In this document: one piece after another, positions 58,624 through 64,000 of the stretch
How the letters are laid out: the number at the start of each line of letters is the position of its first letter
How positions within the stretch are numbered: position 1 is the first letter of the stretch
Origin: an uncultured Vibrio sp.
GTDB taxonomy: Bacteria; Pseudomonadota; Gammaproteobacteria; Enterobacterales; Vibrionaceae
Direction: 5' to 3'
Assembly (NCBI GenBank): GCA_963676525.2
Contig: CAXXNB010000010.1
Location: 19,797-83,796 of the forward strand
DNA: 64,000 nucleotides
Notes under the pieces: model-generated
Told to the model about the DNA's origin: nothing
What the model saw: only the letters and a program-made list of their open reading frames with translations
Database searches by the model: none
Program-made: the position numbers and the translations under genes

Positions 58624-59730
58624 TTATTTGTAATAATTCAACAATGCTTGGATATGTTTTTCGATAGAAAAGACATTTTCTGCTCTGTTTCTTGCTTTTT
58701 GGGCTCTCTGCAGAGCTTCTTTTTGATCACTGAATATGGCTAATAACTGGTTAGCAATATCATCAGCATCGTTTGGATTACAATAGTAGCCGACTGCGCC
58801 TAAAATTTCCGGTAAGGCTCCGGTACTGGACGCTAATATCGGTCTGGCGGCTGACATCGCTTCAATTGCGGTTAGCCCAAATGCTTCGTTTGCATAAGGC
58901 AGGCATACCACATCCATGATTGAATATAATTCATGAATATTTCGGCAGAAACCAGTGAAGAGAACATCGTCCAGCAGATCTTCTTCTTTAATTAGTCGTT
59001 GTAATTGAGCAAGGTATTCAATATCAGCACCTTCTTCTTCTTTCAAACCACCAACAATCACTAAAACAGAGTCAGGATAACTTTGTTTTATCTTCGAGTA
59101 AGCTCTAATTAAATTTATGTGTCCTTTTCCAGGAGATAGACGTCCAACAGTGCCAATTATGATTTTGTTTTCAGGAATTAAATGAACATCTTTGATGTGC
59201 TGTAATCTTTCTGGTGATGTGATTAATTCAGGAATATCCGTCCCTAACCACAGGCGTTCAATCTTCTCTTCTGGTACAGGTAAAGCCACAATGTTTCTTT
59301 TATAGGTTTCATCGCTGATGGAAAGAACCTGATCCACATGTTTGTATACCCATTTATGGAACAAATCCTTTTTTGGTCTTTTAACACCCATATGTTCTGT
59401 GAACACGATTTTTATATCTAAAAAACTTTTTATCAAAGCTGCAACTAAAAGGTCACCAGACTTATGGCAATGAACAACGGTTATGTGATTTTTCTTTATC
59501 CAGCGTATCAGAGAGAATAATTCTTTGGTTAAAAGAGATGCTTTACTTTTTGCCGGAAACACATTCAGGCCTTCTGTTTTCATTCCGGAATAGGTTTGTG
59601 TTCCTTCAATTGCAAGTCCAAATACACGATAACCTTTATCTGATAAGAGTTTTCCTGTGCGGATAGGGTACATTTCCAGTCCTCCCCACCCACGAGACAG
59701 ACAGATATGTAATATTGCAATATCAGACAT
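58624..59730 (-). CDS. GT4 family glycosyltransferase
   Basis: WGGLE, FTEH, VGRLSPGKG and EAFGLTAIEAM. Confidence 0.9.
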   Translation of the reverse strand: MSDIAILHICLSRGWGGLEMYPIRTGKLLSDKGYRVFGLAIEGTQTYSGMKTEGLNVFPAKSKASLLTKELFSLIRWIKKNHITVVHCHKSGDLLVAALIKSFLDIKIVFTEHMGVKRPKKDLFHKWVYKHVDQVLSISDETYKRNIVALPVPEEKIERLWLGTDIPELITSPERLQHIKDVHLIPENKIIIGTVGRLSPGKGHINLIRAYSKIKQSYPDSVLVIVGGLKEEEGADIEYLAQLQRLIKEEDLLDDVLFTGFCRNIHELYSIMDVVCLPYANEAFGLTAIEAMSAARPILASSTGALPEILGAVGYYCNPNDADDIANQLLAIFSDQKEALQRAQKARNRAENVFSIEKHIQALLNYYK

Positions 59731-59846
59731 TTAGATAACCTATTAGAGAAAGCATATACGGTAATGTTACCTTTCCTTAAGGTAAATAAAAAGAAAAAGG
59801 CACTCAAAGCATGAGTGCCATAATAGAATCAAAATATGCAGAACTA

Positions 59847-60788
59847 TTAGCTGTTTATGATCTGTAAGTATTCAGCAACACCTTGGGCAACCGTTTTAAA
59901 CTCAACATCGCAGCCAGTCGCTCTTAGTTTGGTTAAATCAGCCTGAGTATATTCCTGATAAGCACCTTTTAAGTGTTCAGGGAATGGAATTGTTTCAATT
60001 TGCCCTTTGCCATGATGTTTAATAACGGCTTTAGCTACTTCCTGGAATGATTCCGCATTACCTGTACCACAGTTGAAAATTCCAGAAACACCATGCTGCA
60101 TAAACCATAAGTTAACTTTGCATACATCACCAACGTACACAAAGTCGCGAATAAAATGTTCACTACCTTCAAAGAGTTTTGGATTTTCACCGGCATTCAT
60201 TTGGTTGTTTAAATGGAATGCAACGGATGCCATTGAACCTTTGTGATTTTCACGTGGGCCATATACGTTGAAGTAACGGAAACCGGTAATTTGAGAAAGA
60301 GTTTCCCCATGTTCTTCTGCGTCTTTCCAAAGACGGCGAACATAGTTATCAAATTGTTGTTTTGAATAACCATAGACGTTTAGCGCACCTTCAAACTGAG
60401 GTTCTTCAACAAATGTTTTAGTATCACCATAAGTTGCTGCTGAAGAGGCATACAGGAATGGAATTTCGCGATCCAAGCAGTAATGCAGTAACTCTTTAGA
60501 ATATTCATAGTTATTCAGCATTATATATTTGCCATCCCACTCTGTAGTAGCAGAACAGGCACCTTCATGAAAAACTGCTTCAATCGGGCCAAAATCATCG
60601 CCAGCCATAATCTGGGTTAGGAAGTCATCGCGATCCATGTAATCCGCGATTTTTAAATCAACCAGGTTTTTAAACTTTCGGCCATTCTTCAGGTGGTCGA
60701 CGACCAGAATGTCATCAATTCCGCTTTCATTTAGTGCTTTTACTATGTTGCTGCCAATCATGCCAGCGCCGCCAGTTACGATGATCAT
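59847..60788 (-). CDS. hldD: ADP-L-glycero-D-manno-heptose 6-epimerase
   Basis: [35 protein letters not shown] and RYFNVYGP. Confidence 0.98.
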   Translation of the reverse strand: MIIVTGGAGMIGSNIVKALNESGIDDILVVDHLKNGRKFKNLVDLKIADYMDRDDFLTQIMAGDDFGPIEAVFHEGACSATTEWDGKYIMLNNYEYSKELLHYCLDREIPFLYASSAATYGDTKTFVEEPQFEGALNVYGYSKQQFDNYVRRLWKDAEEHGETLSQITGFRYFNVYGPRENHKGSMASVAFHLNNQMNAGENPKLFEGSEHFIRDFVYVGDVCKVNLWFMQHGVSGIFNCGTGNAESFQEVAKAVIKHHGKGQIETIPFPEHLKGAYQEYTQADLTKLRATGCDVEFKTVAQGVAEYLQIINS

Positions 60789-60983
60789 AGTGAGTATTCC
60801 GTAATCGTTTTTTAATAATGGACTATATTATAGTCAGTTAGTGTGAATCTGTAATCACAAAATATTATGTAAAATGTTACCCAGGTACATTGGATTAAAG
60901 ATTTAAAGAGGGACTCCAATCGAGGATATTTTGAAAAGCCATAAAATCTGGCTTTTCATGATTGTTTTTTTAGCTAATATAAC

Positions 60984-62108
60984 TTAATTCTGGTCAATGA
61001 ATATTTTTTGTTTTGGAGTATCCCACAAACTAATACGTTCTAATTCTTTTATAAATAGTTCATCACTGTTGCCATGACCAAATTCTTTTTCCTCTTCAAA
61101 AGTACTATTTGATGCCAATTCGATGGTTTGCAATATGTCATCTTTTAGTTCATCAACATTAAATATAGATAGAGCTTTCGAACGATTATTTTGCCGAGAA
61201 CCTAAATTAATGGAAGATTTTCCATAAAAAGGCATTTCCCTTACTCCGGCACTAGAGTTACCAATCATAAAATCAGCATTCTTTAATAGAGTCAAAAAAT
61301 ATTCGAATCTTATACTAGGGAATATTTTGAAATTCGGATTGTGATTTAATCTTTTTAATTCATTGATGATTATTTCTGACCCATGATCATTGTTTGGGTA
61401 AATGACAATAAATTGTTTATCACTTTCTATTAAAGCATCTATTGTTTCTTTAATTTTATTTGGTAGAGATTCTACTTCTGTTGTCACTGGATGATACATA
61501 AAAACACTATATTTAGAAAATGTGATGCCATAGTGTTCTTTTGTATTTTCTAATGATGGAAGAGCTGGTGACGTCATAATATCAAGATCAGGAGAACCAA
61601 AAATATAAATACTTGACTCTGACTCACCTAACTGAATCAGACGATCTTTTGCTGATTGGTTAGACACAAAGTGTAAATGGGATAGTTTAGTTACAGAGTG
61701 CCTTATTAGTTCATCTATAGTCCCAGATACTTCACCACCTTCTATATGGGACACCAGAATATTATTTAATGCACCCACAATGGCTCCGGCCATTGCTTCA
61801 ACTCTATCACCATGAACGACAATCATGTCGGGCTTTATTTCTTTTACATAATCAGATACCCCTTGAATAGTTTTGGCAAGGATTATATCCATGGAGTCAT
61901 ATTCATTTTGATTTATGTATTTATAGATAGAACTAAAGCCAGATTTTTCAACTTCATTTGCTGTCATTCCATACTTGGCAAGCATGTGCATTCCAGTTAC
62001 AAATATGTGAGCATCTAATGCCGTAGAGCCTTCCACTTTTTTAATAAGGCTCTTCAACTTTCCAAAATCGGCTCTGGTTCCTGTTAAAAAAAGTATTTTT
62101 TTATTCAT
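60984..62108 (-). CDS. neuC: UDP-GlcNAc 2-epimerase (hydrolysing)
   Basis: TGTRADFGKL, VHGDRVEA, HIEGGEVSGTIDE, GNSSAG and GSRQ. Confidence 0.93.
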   Translation of the reverse strand: MNKKILFLTGTRADFGKLKSLIKKVEGSTALDAHIFVTGMHMLAKYGMTANEVEKSGFSSIYKYINQNEYDSMDIILAKTIQGVSDYVKEIKPDMIVVHGDRVEAMAGAIVGALNNILVSHIEGGEVSGTIDELIRHSVTKLSHLHFVSNQSAKDRLIQLGESESSIYIFGSPDLDIMTSPALPSLENTKEHYGITFSKYSVFMYHPVTTEVESLPNKIKETIDALIESDKQFIVIYPNNDHGSEIIINELKRLNHNPNFKIFPSIRFEYFLTLLKNADFMIGNSSAGVREMPFYGKSSINLGSRQNNRSKALSIFNVDELKDDILQTIELASNSTFEEEKEFGHGNSDELFIKELERISLWDTPKQKIFIDQN

Positions 62109-62109
62109 G

Positions 62110-63150
62110 TCATTCCAAATGATCTTTGCTTAACTGAATATCGGAAGGGATATCAACTTTAGCTGTTTTTCCAATTAAATTTTCATAGTCTTCAGCAAGG
62201 AAATCTCCTGTTCCAGGACGTTTTACCCATAAATTATCATGAGTTAATTGTTCCCCTTTCTTTATTGGCTTAATTGTTACAACACTAGCATATGCAAAGT
62301 CGATGGTTACTTGTTCTTCTTTTACCGCACATTTCTTCCCGCCTCGCATTTTTGCCATTCTGGCAGATTGCTTAATTAATTCTGAACATTCAGCTGCATC
62401 CATTGAACAACATATATCTGGTCCGGGTCTACTTTTACTATCGGTGAAGTGGCGCTCTAGCACTGAAGCTCCACATGCAACGGCACCTAAACATGCCAAG
62501 TTATCAATACTATGGTCAGATAAGCCAACAACGGCATCTGGAAACGCTTTTTGTAATTCTTCCATAGCGCCAATTCGGATTAAATTATCTGGTGTTGGAT
62601 AAAGATTTGTCGTATGCAATAAACAAAATGGCGTTTTATATTTTCGGAATATTTCAACTGTTTTGGATACTGATTTTATATCATTCATCCCAGTGCTGAT
62701 AATGGTAGGTTTGCCAAAACTGGCTATAAGGTTCATTAAGGGGTAATTGTTACATTCACCGGAACCTATTTTGTAGGCTGAAACATTCATCCGTTCTAGC
62801 CTTAATGCGGCTGCCCTTGAAAAGGGAGTGCTAATAAATATAGCACCTTTAGATTCAACGTATTCTTTTAGCTTAATCTCGTCTTGTTCATTTAATGCGC
62901 AACGTTTCATTATTTCATAGATAGAAACATCGGCGTTCCCAGGAATAACACTTTTAGCTTCACCACTCATTTCATCTTCGACAACGTGAGTTTGATGTTT
63001 GATTACTTCAGCACCACCTTCAATTGCAGCATCAACCATGGCAAATGCTGTTTTCAGAGAACCTTCATGGTTTATGCCTATTTCAGCAATCACAAGAGGG
63101 TCATAATCCAGACCGACTTTTCTACCTGAAATATTGATAATAGGATTCAT
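62110..63150 (-). CDS. neuB: N-acetylneuraminate synthase
   Basis: [39 protein letters not shown] and C-terminal SAF domain. Closely follows N. meningitidis SiaC as I recall it. Confidence 0.93.
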   Translation of the reverse strand: MNPIINISGRKVGLDYDPLVIAEIGINHEGSLKTAFAMVDAAIEGGAEVIKHQTHVVEDEMSGEAKSVIPGNADVSIYEIMKRCALNEQDEIKLKEYVESKGAIFISTPFSRAAALRLERMNVSAYKIGSGECNNYPLMNLIASFGKPTIISTGMNDIKSVSKTVEIFRKYKTPFCLLHTTNLYPTPDNLIRIGAMEELQKAFPDAVVGLSDHSIDNLACLGAVACGASVLERHFTDSKSRPGPDICCSMDAAECSELIKQSARMAKMRGGKKCAVKEEQVTIDFAYASVVTIKPIKKGEQLTHDNLWVKRPGTGDFLAEDYENLIGKTAKVDIPSDIQLSKDHLE

Positions 63151-63848
63151 TAATAATTTCCTTTGAGAATAGCTTCTATCTTATGTAGATCATCAATTGT
63201 GTCTACGTCTATTGAATTAATTTCCGACATAACATAAGGATAAACATTTTGTCTGGGAATATATTGATTCTTACTAAATTGATTGACATCGAAAGCATAT
63301 ATAGCGCCATTCGGCTGATAAGCTTTAGGTAAGTCCTGTCTACGAGTATATGGTGCTTCAGGAGAGAAAAGACCAGTTAGGGAACCGTCATTGTTTTCTA
63401 TATAAGCCTTAATAGGTGTATGTGAGGGCTCAAAAACGCTAATGACACAGTCAGCATGTTTATCGACAAAAATACTCAGAGCATTTGTAATATCGTCACT
63501 TGTCCTTAATGGAGATGTTGGTTGTAAAAGCACCATTGTAGACGGGTAAATTTTTTTATTATTCAGATTCTCTATCGCATGGGTGATTACGGAATGACTA
63601 CTCGCATCATCTGATGCTAAGTCTAAAGGTCTTATGATAGTTTCTGCACCGAAATCTTTACTTATATTTAGTATTTCTTCATCTTCACTTGATACATAAA
63701 CCTGATCAATTTTTTCACACTGAAGGGCAGCCTCAATTGTCCAGGCTATCATTGGCTTTCCATTTAATGGCAAAATGTTTTTTCGTGGCAATCCTTTGGA
63801 TCCTCCGCGCGCCGTGATTAGTGCTATTGTAGGGATGATGTGAATCAT
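63150..63848 (-). CDS. neuA: CMP-N-acylneuraminate synthetase
   Basis: [31 protein letters not shown] and IDVD. Likely start at ATG 63848. Confidence 0.93.
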   Translation of the reverse strand: MIHIIPTIALITARGGSKGLPRKNILPLNGKPMIAWTIEAALQCEKIDQVYVSSEDEEILNISKDFGAETIIRPLDLASDDASSHSVITHAIENLNNKKIYPSTMVLLQPTSPLRTSDDITNALSIFVDKHADCVISVFEPSHTPIKAYIENNDGSLTGLFSPEAPYTRRQDLPKAYQPNGAIYAFDVNQFSKNQYIPRQNVYPYVMSEINSIDVDTIDDLHKIEAILKGNY

Positions 63849-64000
63849 AACTGTGAAACCTGAATGATAAATATATAAAATATATACGTTCATATGTGAT
63901 ATAAACAGCAAAAATTCATTTTTACCAAGAATTACTGTAAAGAACATGCTTTTCAATTTAAGTCTGAACACACTGATAGCTGTATGATTTTACTTTTACC

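Noticed and set aside
2361-62602. Numerous 60-125 aa ORFs antisense to or nested in clear genes (e.g. 2361-2606, 10528-10905, 39475-39801, 51236-51604)
   Set aside because: Shadow ORFs of well-supported CDSs, with no motifs or RBS evidence.

Overview
Chromosomal window from a Vibrio (gene order prlC-uvrD-csr sRNA-rarD-recQ ... yicC-rph-pyrE-lpxM-lpxL-slmA-coaBC-radC-rpmBG-mutM-coaD-LPS core locus-hldD). A variable region lies between recQ and yicC. It holds yjbQ/ogt/PAP2, an ABC exporter, a large very acidic lipoprotein, a flavin/Fe-S oxidoreductase plus pyruvate:ferredoxin oxidoreductase pair, a ParDE toxin-antitoxin pair and a 13,960-bp integrative mobilizable element inserted in the 3' end of yicC. 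The element has 21-bp att repeats at 22283-22303 and 36222-36242, a tyrosine integrase, an AlpA-type excisionase, an RHH protein, a coupling protein and a MobF relaxase, but no T4SS. Its AT-rich cargo is the strongest candidate for an undescribed system: a five-gene operon (first four genes overlapping, fifth 39 bp downstream) encoding a C5-cytosine methyltransferase, a MORC/MutL-type GHKL ATPase fused to a histidine kinase, a receiver-domain protein with a C-terminal HEPN-like RNFLAH motif, a T4-Pnk-like HAD phosphatase and an Mrr-type nuclease with a Cys-rich tail. I infer a phosphorelay-gated anti-phage system; this function is untested. Outside the island there are several unusual intergenic low-complexity arrays: (CTGAAACC)x34 right after the lpxM stop, a related (CCCTGAA)x~9 in front of coaBC, a phased 18-unit GGAA-N5 array before kdkA, and mutually complementary purine/pyrimidine tracts enclosing a four-helix-bundle gene between radC and rpmB. 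The window ends with an LPS core locus and a Neisseria/Campylobacter-like neuA-neuB-neuC sialic acid pathway. All family assignments come from motif reading and recall, not from database searches.
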